Source: Octopus sinensis
Taxonomy: Eukaryota
Reading direction: 5' to 3'
DNA length: 64,000 nucleotides
Assembly (NCBI RefSeq): GCF_006345805.1
Contig: NC_043003.1
Location: 70,246,001-70,310,000 of the forward strand
Part shown: positions 12,480-24,699 of the stretch, in pieces
How positions within the stretch are numbered: position 1 is the stretch's first letter
Layout: each line of letters starts with the position of its first letter
Notes under the pieces: model-generated
The model's input: the letters and a program-made list of their open reading frames with translations, nothing else
What the model was told of the DNA's origin: nothing
Databases searched by the model: none
Made by a program: the position numbers and the translations under genes

Positions 12480-13250
12480 AGCTTGGTTTGGTATTTATTA
12501 ATAAAGTTCTTTTCTCTGATTTTTCTTTCAATTTCACTTGAACTGTATAGTTTGTAGAATGAAAATATATTTTCGTCTGCATTTAGCTAGCTGGTTACTC
12601 AAAGGTATCTGACGGACATCTGGGTCTCTAATTTGTGTCAGTGCACACGTGAACGTTCTGATAGTGCATTTTCAGTCTGTCCATATAAAGTTCTTCACAA
12701 TTTAGGCATTTGGTGCAGTAAGTAAAATTTTTATTTTTGTGAATATTTGATGCAGTAAATTAAATATTTGCTTTTGAATATTTTCCCTGCTCTTGTGTTC
12801 CTATATTGGCTGGTATGAATGAATTGGCACGTGTGCCACATCGTCTATCACTGCATTTAGATACAGTGAATGACTGGTCTTCTTTTGCTAAGGTCAAACT
12901 TTGCCTTTTAACAATTTTTTTCAAGTTTTTACTAAGAACCATAGTTCGATCTGTGATTATGTCTTTTAATTCATTTGAGCAATGGTTGGGTTGTGTGTCA
13001 CTATAAATGGTATGACCTGTTCCAGTTATCCTCTTCTTTCGGTTGTTCTCAGTTGTTGTATGGGTATTTTTATAGCTCGCTGTATGCCATTTTCTATAAG
13101 TAGAGTACAAAGTATGGAATGTTGCGTTTTGTATGTGGTGGATAGCATGACTTACAATTCAGGTATTGATGTGCGTCCGTGTGTTTGTGATATATATCTG
13201 TGGTAATGGTGGTGTACTTTTTATTGCCATTCTATCTAGGAATGGTAATT
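12480..13250 (-). mobile_element. Penelope-like element 3' fragment (linker and GIY-YIG endonuclease), degraded
   Basis: VLSKNLKKIV...VSKCSDRRCGT (ORF 12760-13110), then CTKCLNCEELYMGQTENALSER...H and REKNFINKYQTKLN. Confidence 0.8.
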
Positions 13251-13702
13251 TGGTACTACTCATCTCTTTTGTAGGTTCAGGAGGATATTTACTGCTGAGC
13301 AAGGTGAAATGAAATGCTTTGCTCAAGATCATAACGTGCTGCCTAGTCTGGAGAGTCGAACCAGCGATCTAGTGATCGTGAATGCAACGCCCTAACCACT
13401 AGGCAACGCACCTTCACACACATACCTATATATCGTAAAATGCTCATAGGTATTGCTGCAACTATTTTTTAGCCACGGAGACATATGGTTGAAGACGTTG
13501 CTTTTGTGACCATCTTGTTTATAATTCTAGCAGTGTATCTAGTATTCTTTTGTAAGAAGACAACAGTGATCAGAAGGAGATTTGAGGGAGACAAGGTTTT
13601 AGTCGGCCGTAGGCTAAAGTACGAGACACTTGCTCAAGGTGCCATGCAGTGGGACTGAACCCGGAACCATTACCACACAGTCACATATATATTTACATAT
13701 TC

Positions 13703-13733
<31 letters not shown>

Positions 13734-13821
13734 GGTGTGGTGTGTGTGTGGGTGTGTGTGGTGTATATATATATATATTGGGTGTGTGTGTGTATAGATA
13801 GATAGATATATACATAGACAT

Positions 13822-13867
<46 letters not shown>

Positions 13868-16419
13868 AATATATATATAATGTAAATCTGTGTGCGTTGT
13901 TGTATGTACATTTATTCTATATTTGGTATGAAACAGTAAATTGTTATTTTTTACAAAAGATATGAATTAACTCTAAAACGTCTGTTACGAGAAATGGAAT
14001 TTTTTGAAGAATAAATTTCAAGGGTGTGTTTCCATTCCTTATTGAATCTAAATCACTAATTAATGTAGAAAGATAAGATCCTAAACTATGTTATATAGCT
14101 TTCTCTCAACCGCTACAAACATAGGACATTAAAAAATTCCTTGCCACTATTATTTGTAAGCGTTGTTTTTTTCTGTGTAGAAAACAGCAGATAACGAATA
14201 AGAAATAGCCAATATGATAAAAATTGGAACAAACAATCTGAATATGCATACCACATCACACTACACACTGTAGATATAAAGTTACACGATATGCCCTTTA
14301 TATGGTGACTCAACTGGAAAGAAATAGCACACAAATCGCCGCTTATGCCACCCTATTGTGGCCACATTTACTAAATTTGTTTTTAGTCTAAGGACTTATA
14401 AGATCGGTTACGCGGTCACCATGGCATATAAGTGATCGCGATCACAACATTTCCCTTGAATAGTCCGTTGCAGAGTTAATGATCAGCAATTGACTCCAGT
14501 ACCTGGTTGATACTCAATTTTATCGATCTCAGAAGGACGAAAGGCTAAGTTGACCGCGGTGGGGTTTGACCTCAGAACTTAAAGATTTGGAAGAAATGCC
14601 TCTAAGCACTGTCAAACGGTTCTGTTAGTACGCTGCCTAATAGAAACATTCAATGGGTTCTTATTATTAATTAAATGTCACTTCTATCAAACCGGATTTT
14701 CCTTTTGTGAGGGTTAAAATCCCACACTCCCCCTTGCACTCGAAGCATTTCCTTACGAAGAGTAGATGAGGTTTTCACTTTCATCGAATTCTGTATACAC
14801 GGGCCAGTAACTGGCATTTGCTGTACTACTGCAAGGTTCACTCTTTGTTGTGGCGTATTGGCTTGCGTGCCTTAATGACTTTAAGAGCTATGCCAGTAGA
14901 GCGCATGCTTCAGGTAGGACCATCCATATTGAGCGAGTCAAAATATAGAGGCCACATTAATTTGGACCACCTCTTCCTAGAGGTAGGAATGGGTTTGCGT
15001 AGGATCAACACCCTTACATAGAAAAATGCGAAGTTAGAGAAGCGTCGATAACAATACAAAACCAATAAGACTTGGGAGAGGAATGGCACACAAAGTCGAG
15101 ATCAATGAAGAGAAATATTGTCGATAGCCTATCCTCCAAAGGAAACGAAAGGCTTAAGTGAGTACCACGACTGCGAAAACTGCTGTTACTGTTATTAGTC
15201 TTATATTATTGTCACGTAGTCTCAGGTCAGACTATGCCCTTCTTCCTATTTTTTAAGGACATTTGAAGGTGATTTCACTGTTAATTCTAATAATCACATG
15301 CAAACTGTTATTGTTTGGTATTGTTTACTGAGGCGGTTTTTATCATCGTGGTTTCTGATCATGTTGTCTAACCCACAACAGGCGCCAGCTCTGATCAAAA
15401 AGAAGTTCTAGACCATGAAATTTTGTTTTCATCCGTATCATCTCGAACGACATTATTCAATGCAATTATTCTAGTTTTAAAGACTGTAGAATGTGATTTG
15501 AGTAAAATTTAGTTTCTTATTAAAACATAGACTAACGACAAAGAAAATATATCTTTGGCTCGTATCAACCATGCAATCTCTGATTTAGATACAAGGCCAG
15601 CAAATTTGAGGATTTATTTTCAAAATAATTGCATTTTCCGTCATCTTTTGTTATTTGTCTAGTTTTTCTATTTGTTGTTGTATTGCTATTGTTGTATTTC
15701 TTGGTGTACATCGAGAAAAAGCTTTATTCTATCGTTTTATCAATCTTTTCCAACGATTGTTATCTCAGCCATTTTGTAACGATAGAACTTACTTGTCTTG
15801 TTAGGAAAACGCAAATCCAGTTTGACAGATAAATTCGGTTCGGTTGGATTTGAATTCAAGACGTAATTAAATAGTGCAAGGCATTTTACCGGGTGTTCTA
15901 CCAATTTTGACCCACACTCAGATCTTCCTTAGTCACAAAACCAGAAAGGATATAAACGATCAAATTAATCCAAGAAGAATAAAAGGCTTACTCGACCTCG
16001 ATGAGATTTGAACTGATAATATTGATATGTAATTAAATACTATAAAACGTTCGATCCTGCATTCCGAGTACTTTTGCCAGTAATAACTAACTCCAGTAAT
16101 AATATTTCGTACACAACGAAGTAAAATTTTGAGGGACGAGTTAATCGAATAAATCAACCCCAATACGACTGTGCTACTCTATTTTATGGACTAAACAATC
16201 TCTGATTAGATGCAAGTCCAGCAGATTTGAGGATTTACTTAATACTATCGGACCATCGGTAACAGTATTTGATTGGTATCTTATTTTATCGACGTCTAAA
16301 CGATGAAGAGCAAAGCTGATCTCGGCGCTATTTGAAGTCAGAAAATGAAGTGCCGGAAGTAATGCTAAGCATTTTGCCAGACATGCTAATTATTTCTCCT
16401 CTAGGCACCAGACATTGAA

Positions 16420-16745
16420 TATAACTTGGAGGAACTGGTACTTATATAATCGACCCCGAAAGGATGAAACGCAAAGTCGTCCTCGACGGAATTTGAACTT
16501 AGAACGTAGCGGCAGACGAAATACCTATTTCTTTACTACCCACAAGGGGCTAAACACAGAGAGGACAAACAAGGATAGACAAACGGATTAAGTCGATTAC
16601 ATCGACCCCAGTGCGTAACTGGTACTTAATTTATCGACCCCGAAAGGATGAAAAGCAAAGTCGACCTCGGCGGAATTTGAACTCAGAACGTAACGGCAGA
16701 CGAAATACGGCTAAGCATTTCGCCCTGCGTACTAACCATTCTGCC
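16420..16745 (-). mobile_element. Dimeric SINE family A copy
   Basis: Two ...gttctgagttcaaattccgccgaggtcgactttgc... units joined at agtaaagaaata|ggtatttcgtctg. Confidence 0.85.
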
Positions 16746-17764
16746 TTATGCTAGTCTAGTAATAACGGTTCTAAAGTTTGTTGCAGGGCCATCTGTGTTT
16801 TGAGGAGAGGGGGAAGTCGATTAGATCGATTCCAGTATTTGACTAGTAATTCATTTTATAGCACCCAGAGAAATAGAAAGCAAGTTCTTCTCGGCAGAAT
16901 TCGAACTCAGAGTGTCTAAAGATCTGCCAGCTCACCGTCTTCACCACCTTATTAATAACGATCTCCGATTAAGACACGAGGCCAGCCAGCCATTTTGAAA
17001 GGAGGGCGCGTTAGTCGATAGCATCAACTTGAATGGTACTTAATTTTATTGACCCCGAAAAGATGAAAGGCAAAGCTGGCTTCGGCGGGGTTTGAACCCA
17101 AAATATGACAAGCCGGGAGAAAAGCTGCATTATATTTTGTTCGTCGCACTAAAGACTCCACAAATCCAGCATCTTCACCCCTACTATTAATAATAAGTTT
17201 TGATTTAGACATAAGGACAGCGATTTTAAGGGGAAGGGTTAGGAATACCATCAACCCCAGTGCTAGACTGGTACTTGTATCTTATCGACTCCCCACCACC
17301 AGAGGGACGAAAGCTAAAATTGATTAGAACACAGAACGCAAAAATCCAGAAAAAATAACGCAAAACATTTTTTCCGGCGCTCTCCCGATTCTGCTGCTCG
17401 CTACCAACTCTTCATCCTCACCTCTTCTATTAATTCTTTCTACTATAGTTACAAGGCGCCTCGTTCCCATCTGGTATATATTTTATCGACCTCGAAAGGA
17501 TGAAAGGCAAAGTCGACTTCAGCGGAATTTGAACTCAGAACGTAAATACCAAAGATTTACCGCTAAACATTTTATCTGATTCTATCAAATAATAACCCTC
17601 TCCTTTTCTATTAATAATAGTTATGCTTGTCAAATTGGAAAGAATCTTGTTTATATCACTGAATTAATTCTTAACTGAAAATTCTACATTTTGTGAAGAT
17701 TAATATCTTTGGTGTTTACGCCCAAAATATGCAAAGTGAGCACGTTCACTCTTGTCAGCTATGT

Positions 17765-18745
17765 ATGGAACCAACTAAGGTTTTTAACGATTCAAGGGAG
17801 AAGAAAAAAGAAAGTGAAAGAGAGAGAGGGAAAAGCGGGGGAGAAAAGAGGGAGAGGGAAAGCATGAGAAAGAGGAAGACGAAAGAGGAGAGAGCTAAGT
17901 GTGGAGCCAACTAACGGTTTTAACGATTCAAGAGAGGGGAAGAAAGAAAGAGAAAGAGAGGAGAGAGAGAGAGAGGGGAAAGTGTGGGAGAAAAAGAGAG
18001 AGCGAGGGAAAGCGTGAGAAAGAGAGAAAAGAGAGAGAGAGAGAAGACGAAGAAGGAGAGAGCTAAGTATGAAACCAACTAACGGTTTTAACGATTCAAG
18101 AGAATAGAGGGAAACAAAGAAACAGAGAAAGACAGAGGGTAGAGAAAAAGAGAGGGAGAAAGTGAGAGAAGAAGTGAGAGAGGGAAAGCGTGAGAAAGAG
18201 AGGAGAGAGAGAAGACGAAGGAGAGAGAGGGAAAACGTGAGAAAGAGAGAGAGAGAGAAGGAGAGGAGAAGAGAGGGAGAGGAGAAAGAGAGGGAGACGA
18301 GAATAGAGAGGGAGAAAGTGAGGGAGAAAAAGAGGAGGGAAAGCGGGAGAAAGAGAGAGAAGGAGTGAAAGAGAGAGTAGCTGAAGGAGAAAGAAAGAAG
18401 AGGAAGAAGAGAGAGAAGACGAAAAAAGAAGGAGAGAGAGAAGACGAAGAAATGAGAGAGAGACAAAGGAGAGAGCGAGAGAAAGAAAGGGAAAACGCGA
18501 GAAAGCGAGAGGAGAAAGAGAGAGGGAGAAGTGAGGGAGAAAAAGGAGGGAGGAAAACGTGAGAAAGAGAGGGAGAAAGAGAGAGGAGTGATAGAGATAG
18601 AAGCCGAAGGAGAAAGAGAGCAGAGGAAGGAGAGAATACGAAGAGGGAGGAGAGAGAGAGAGGGAAAACGTGAGATAGAGAGAAGGGGAGAGAGTGAAAA
18701 GAAGGAGAGAGAGAAGGAGAAGGTGGGGAGAGCAAATAGGAAATA
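17765..18745. repeat. ~1-kb polypurine (GA-rich) tract with three embedded ccaactaacggttttaacgattcaag motifs
   Basis: The motif occurs at 17771, 17907 and 18074; the rest of the plus strand is nearly all A/G. Confidence 0.92.
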
Positions 18746-19127
18746 ACTCCATTTTCACAACTTCCAAACTAGTCGTTTTTCTTTTTGATTTAGAAATTCT
18801 CCCATTTCTACATAATTCTATGAAAACTCTGTATGTTTTCTGATCAAATATTAGTCTCTCTGTTGCGTGTCTTTTGCAAAAGTAAGCTTCCATTTTAGTG
18901 TTGAGATAGTATTTCATCCGTCAATTTGCGACCGTCGTCTGAACATAAAAATGTAAGAAAGAAACCAAAAAGGGTGCAACCGCGATTGTGAGGCTAAGAA
19001 GATCGCTTTCAGTGACATTGCGTGGCACCTCGGGCAAGTATCTTCTACTTTAGTCCCAGACCGACCAATGCCTTGTGAGTTGATTTGATAGAGGGAAACT
19101 GTATAGAAGCTCGTCGTATATACATAA

Positions 19128-19320
19128 CTGTAAATATAATATGTGACAGCTATTCGATAGCCATGATAAAACTCCGAGTCTCGGATGTCAGGGCGGAAAT
19201 CCACGTCGGCATCTCTTCAGTTATCGATAACTGAAGTGATGCCGACGTGGATTTCCGCCCCTACATCCGAACCTCGGAGTTTATCATGGCTACCGAATAA
19301 CTGTCACATTATATTTACAG
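19128..19320. repeat. ~190-bp near-perfect palindrome with no spacer
   Basis: Centre is cagttatc|gataactg; the arms ctgtaaatataat...gggcggaaatccacgtcggcatc match with a few substitutions. Confidence 0.93.
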
Positions 19321-19385
19321 ATAATTCCTCTATTTACATAATATCGAGGTCTCTTTCATTCTTTTGTTGTCTTGCCTTTTCTATC

Positions 19386-19430
<45 letters not shown>

Positions 19431-19508
19431 TGCAGCGTGGAAGGTGTTTATAAGCCATTTAAGAACAAACACAAAAGCCGTTCGATTCACTTCAACATTT
19501 AAGTTTAA

Positions 19509-19558
19509 TTTGTCAAAATATTTTCGTCGCTAAAATCCGCGACCTGTTCACTGACAAA
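19509..19558 (-). ncRNA. G3-C8 variant minimal hammerhead motif (left arm)
   Basis: TTTGTCA-GTGAACA-G-GTCGC ggatttta GCGAC-GAAA-ATAT-T-T-TGACAAA: 7-bp stem I, 5-bp stem II, palindromic AAUAUU stem III, UUU triplet. Confidence 0.55.
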
Positions 19559-19580
19559 AATCCGTGCTGCATCACGGATT

Positions 19581-19630
19581 TTTGTCAGTGAACAGGTCGT
19601 GGATTTTAGCGACGAAAATATTTTGACAAA
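19581..19630 (+). ncRNA. G3-C8 variant minimal hammerhead motif (right arm)
   Basis: Same fold as 19509-19558; one stem II pair becomes U.G. Confidence 0.55.
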
Positions 19631-19779
19631 TTAAACTTAAATGTTGAAGTGAATCGAACGGCTTTTGTGTGTTTCTTAATGGCTTATAAACACCTTCCAC
19701 GCTGCAATTGTTTTCGTTTCAGCACACGATCTCAGATCAAATTACTTGCTATGCGAGTACATCTCCGTAATATTATATA

Positions 19780-19810
<31 letters not shown>

Positions 19811-19866
19811 GACTCTTGGAAATGGATGCGTGTTTTCAGTCAAATAATATATATATATATATATAT

Positions 19867-19899
<33 letters not shown>

Positions 19900-19906
19900 G
19901 ATATAT

Positions 19907-19950
<44 letters not shown>

Positions 19951-19954
<4 letters not shown>

Positions 19955-20074
19955 GTGAATCGAACGGTTTTTGTGTGTTTCTTAAATGGCTTATAAACAC
20001 CTTCCACGCTGCAATTGTTTTCGTTTCAGCACACGATCTCAGATCAAATTACTTGCTATGCGAGTACATCTCCG

Positions 20075-20077
<3 letters not shown>
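19951..20077 (+). repeat. Direct repeat of 19645-19770
   Basis: tgaagtgaatcgaacgg...gagtacatctccgtaa is repeated nearly identically after a (TA)n tract. Confidence 0.93.
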
Positions 20078-20136
<59 letters not shown>

Positions 20137-20153
20137 ATAATATATATATAATA

Positions 20154-20268
<115 letters not shown>

Positions 20269-20345
20269 TATATATATGCATATATAATATGTATATATAT
20301 AAGCATATATATGCATATATATATGTATTTATACACATATATACA

Positions 20346-20753
20346 TACAGGACGTCACAAACCGTAAACAACATGAATTTCGAAAACAAAAGAATTGAAT
20401 ACATAAACAACGAGAGAAACAAATGGAAAAACAGGACAAGTAGCATAAAGAACGACCCTTTATCAGTTGTCGAGCATTGAACGACAATATGAGTCTTCGA
20501 AGGGCAGTTGCTTCCGCAAACCAAGATAAAATTTGGGATTCCCAGAGGGTCAAAGCTGGTAACAAAAACTGCCCTTCGAAGACTCATATTGTCGTTCAAT
20601 GCTCGAAACGAGGAGTAGATGGGCAACCGACAACTGATGAAGGGTCGTTCTTTATGATACTTGTCCTGTTTTCCATTTGTTTCTCTCGTTGTTTATATAC
20701 TCAACTCTTTTGTTTTCGTGTTTCATGTTGTTTACGGTTTGCGACGTCCTGTA
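20346..20753. repeat. Long inverted repeat (arms 20346-20509 and 20567-20753, 57-nt spacer)
   Basis: The inner 39 nt are perfectly complementary; the outer parts are diverged; there is a 24-nt indel. Confidence 0.9.
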
Positions 20754-20784
20754 CCAATATATGCATATATATATACGCGTGTTT

Positions 20785-20845
<61 letters not shown>

Positions 20846-20941
20846 ATATAATATGCATATATATAAGTTAGATTATTATATAATATTATATATATATTAG
20901 TATGTATATATATATTATTTATATTATATTATATTATATAT

Positions 20942-20979
<38 letters not shown>

Positions 20980-21519
20980 TATAAATAATATCTATAATAT
21001 GTGTATGTGTGTGTGTTAATCTTTGTTGTTTTGTCCTGTTATTTTGCAATAATATGATGGGGTACTCTTCCCTTTTGTAAAGTACAAACAATCATTCTTA
21101 AACAAGAATATTATTGACTGTCTAACGATGGCTTAACTAGCCAAAACTTCGAAGTCCCTGTCAATAACATCCCTGTTTAAAAATAATATGTATATATGTA
21201 TATATTTGTGCGTATGTACGTGTGTGTATGTTTGTGTCCCCTCAGTTTGACAACTGGTATTCGTAACATAGTGGTTCAGTGAAAGAGATCGATAGAATAA
21301 ATACTTGATTTTAAAAAATAGCAAGTGTTTCGGGTGGTTCTGTTTGACTGACACTTTATTTTATCGTTCTCAGAAGGATGAAAGTCATAGCTGTCTGTGG
21401 TAGGATTTGAAATCAGAACGTAAAGAACCAAAACAAAAACAAAAAAAAAAACTGTACGGCATTTTTACTGACACTGTAACGGTTCTGCCAATCCAATACT
21501 CTCAATTATATTGACACAA

Positions 21520-21760
21520 GGCGAGCTGGCAGAACCGTTAGCGCCCCGGGCGAAATGCTTAGCGGTATTTCGTCTGCCGCTACGTTCTGAGTTCAAATTC
21601 CGCCGAGGTCGACTTTGCCTTTCATCCTTTTGAGGTCGATTAAATAAGTACCAGTTACGCACTGGGGTCGATGTAAACGACTTAATCCGTTTGTCTGTCC
21701 TTGCTTGTCCCCTCTGTGTGTAGCCCCTTGTGGGCAATAAAGAAATAAGAATCGTTAGCG
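21520..21760 (+). mobile_element. SINE family A copy
   Basis: ggcgagctggcagaaccgttagc...gttctgagttcaaattccgccgaggtcgac...aataaagaaataag. Confidence 0.88.
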
Positions 21761-21858
21761 CGTTGAGCAAAAATGTTTAGCGGCATTTTGTCTGTCTTTG
21801 GGTTCTGAGTTCAAATTCCGTCGAGATCGACGTTGCCTTTCATCCTTTCGTGGTCAAT

Positions 21859-21870
21859 TATTATTATTAA

Positions 21871-21933
<63 letters not shown>

Positions 21934-21950
21934 CATCATTATCATTATTA

Positions 21951-22012
<62 letters not shown>

Positions 22013-23347
22013 TATTATTTTTTTTTTTTTTTCTTCTTTCAAATTTGCTTCCATTTCTTGCCGAGTGTCTTCCCGACTCCTAGGGCAAAGAAACTCATAG
22101 TATACATCGGTAGGCCATTACACCAAACTCAATAGTTCGTTCATTTTTTTTTTTGTATTTTTTTAAAGTTAAATTAAAATACATGAGCAGCAACAATTCT
22201 CACATCGACAATGCTCTTCTCAATACATGTGATGTACCAGTTAAGACGATCTTTTGCACTTCTTGCAGGGATGGTAAGCCAGGGATCATTCTCATATAAT
22301 TTTCGGTTCCCTTCTTGATCATTCCTAGTGCTCCTACGATCACTGGTATTGTAACCGCCTTGAGATGCCACATTTTCTCAATTTCAATGAGTAGGTCTTT
22401 GTATTTTCTGAGCTTGTCAAACTCTTTCGCTGAGATATTATGATCACAGGGGATGCTCATGTCGATCAATAAGCAAACTTTATTGTTTTGGTCTTTCACA
22501 ACAATATCTGGTTTATTGGCCTTGATGGTTCGGTCTGTATGTACTGGAAAGTCCACAGAATGGTTACATTTTCTCCTTCAGTTACAGCCTCAGGGTGGTG
22601 ATTATACCACTTGTCGGCAGTTTTGATATTGTAATGCCGACTTATTAGCCAGTGTAGATATTGGCCAACTCTGTCATGTCTTAATTTATACTCCACTGGT
22701 GCTAAGACTTACATCCAGAGATTAGATGGTCCACTGTTTCAATCATGTCGTTGCAGAATCGGCATTTTGGGTCTGCTCCATTTTTCATCACATTGGCCTG
22801 GTAGTTCCGGGTTAATAGGCTTTGATCTTGAGCAGCCAGGATGAAACCTTCGCTCTCTGCTTTTAGCCCTGAGCTCCGTAGCCACTGATGGGTTTGCTTC
22901 TGGTCAACATCAGCTTGTTTGCTGCGGCTCACATATTTGCCGTGCAGAGGTTTCTCCTCCCACCTATCAGCCAATTGCTCGTGCGCTTTTTTCGTTGCCA
23001 TCATTTTCACCTTCTTTGCAACAATAGTTGCCGTACTTCCCTCGGGTTGTTCAGTTTGGGTATCCTGCACGAGATCAATAGCATTTTTTGCTTTCCTTTA
23101 TGATAGAATGAAGCTTCTTTCGCCTCTCGTGATTTTCCACGAGCTTAGCATCCAGTCATTCGATATTTCGAGATATTTGGCCAGTCCAATGGTGGTTGTT
23201 TTGTAAGCTAGTTCAAATTGGATCAGGCCTCGACCTCCTTGGGCTCTGGGAAGGGAAAGGCGATCTACGTCTGCCTTGGGTGGTGCATCCTATTACAACT
23301 CAGCAGCTTGCGTATTTTCCTATCTATATTCTTTACTTCACTCATAT
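21859..23347 (-). mobile_element. R4/Dong-like LINE 3' portion with 3' UTR and (TAA)n tail, cut by the gap
   Basis: CRFCNDMIETVDHLISGC, RHDRVGQYLHW and NKPDIVV...LIDMSIP...KYKDL...PVIVGALG; few frameshifts; ends in a long (AAT)n array. Confidence 0.92.
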
Positions 23348-23447
23348 NNNNNNNNNNNNNNNNNNNNNNNNNNNNNNNNNNNNNNNNNNNNNNNNNNNNN
23401 NNNNNNNNNNNNNNNNNNNNNNNNNNNNNNNNNNNNNNNNNNNNNNN
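23348..23447. other. Assembly gap (100 N)
   Basis: Run of N. Confidence 1.
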
Positions 23448-23635
23448 TCACGGTCATACAGTCGTGACATTGTTTCCTGGACCGGGCCACCGTTTTGTGC
23501 CCTTAAAAATGTTTCATTTTATTTTTCTCCAGTCTAGTCCACTAAAAAGGCGTGCAAGCCGAGCGCTGGTGCAGCCGCTCTTCTTCCCGCCAGCTTTCTT
23601 TTATTTCTTGGCAGAACTTGGCTACATGAAGCTAT

Positions 23636-23746
<111 letters not shown>

Positions 23747-24699
23747 CACTCTCTCTCTCTCTCTCTCGAACGGGCAAAATCTAATAGTTTCATCTCGCTT
23801 CCTCAAAGGAAACAAATGGTAGGTTTCATCTGAACGAATCATTAATTTACCGTATCTCGATCCGACAAGTTACAAGTCATTTATTTTGACTTCCTCCATT
23901 ATATCTCAGAACATTTTCCGTTCATACTTACGTGTGTGACCCAAAAGAACTTTATTTCAAGCGCATATATACGACACAATTACTACAGCGCGTTTAACCC
24001 AAACATTTTTCATGATTGTTTTAATTATTGCCAATTTTTTTAATTTTTTAATAAAAAAACACGTGCTGCTTAACTACCATTGAATTATCACACGCCTAAA
24101 TCTTGTCAATATCTATCTTCAGATCATTATCGATCCCTAGGCTTTACTTCCTCGAATCCTAAGAGTCATGGGGCAGGTTATCTGGGTTTTACGGCGTATA
24201 GATGACCGAGATCAAAATATTCCTTCTGAACAGAGTGCTAGACCATCATGGTGTTACTCATTTACAGCCGAGTGGATGGAGCAACGTGAAATGAAGTGGT
24301 TTGCTCAAGAACACAATGTGCCACCCAGTCCTGGAATCGAAACCACGATCTTGTGAATGTGAGTGCGACACTTTAGCAACTGTGGTCTTTAACGTCATGA
24401 GTCTTTTAAGGAATCGTTCCCAGACGAGAAACTGCAACTCCTCACGTTTTAACAACACACATACATTAAATGTGTGTGGGGGGTGCATGTGTTTGTGTGT
24501 GTGTGCGTATGTGTGTGTGCGTGTGTGCGTGTGTGTGTGTGGTGTGTGTGTGTGGTGTGTGGTGTGAGTGTAATTAATTTTATTGCATCTTGTAGCTATA
24601 TTTTCTTAACAAACTGAACCCTTTATATACATAATTGCAACTGTTATAAATATGCTCATCGACTCGGAATTCACGACAGGAGACAATTCCTTGGGTAAC

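Larger units (their letters stand above)
19429..19708. repeat. ~280-bp palindrome (6-nt spacer) of a PLE-like terminal repeat
   Basis: 19429-19566 is the reverse complement of 19573-19708 with a few differences; the spacer is ctgcat. Confidence 0.95.

Noticed and set aside
17792-18917. ORFs of 215-273 aa rich in S/L/F or R/E
   Set aside because: They are artefacts of the GA-rich tract.
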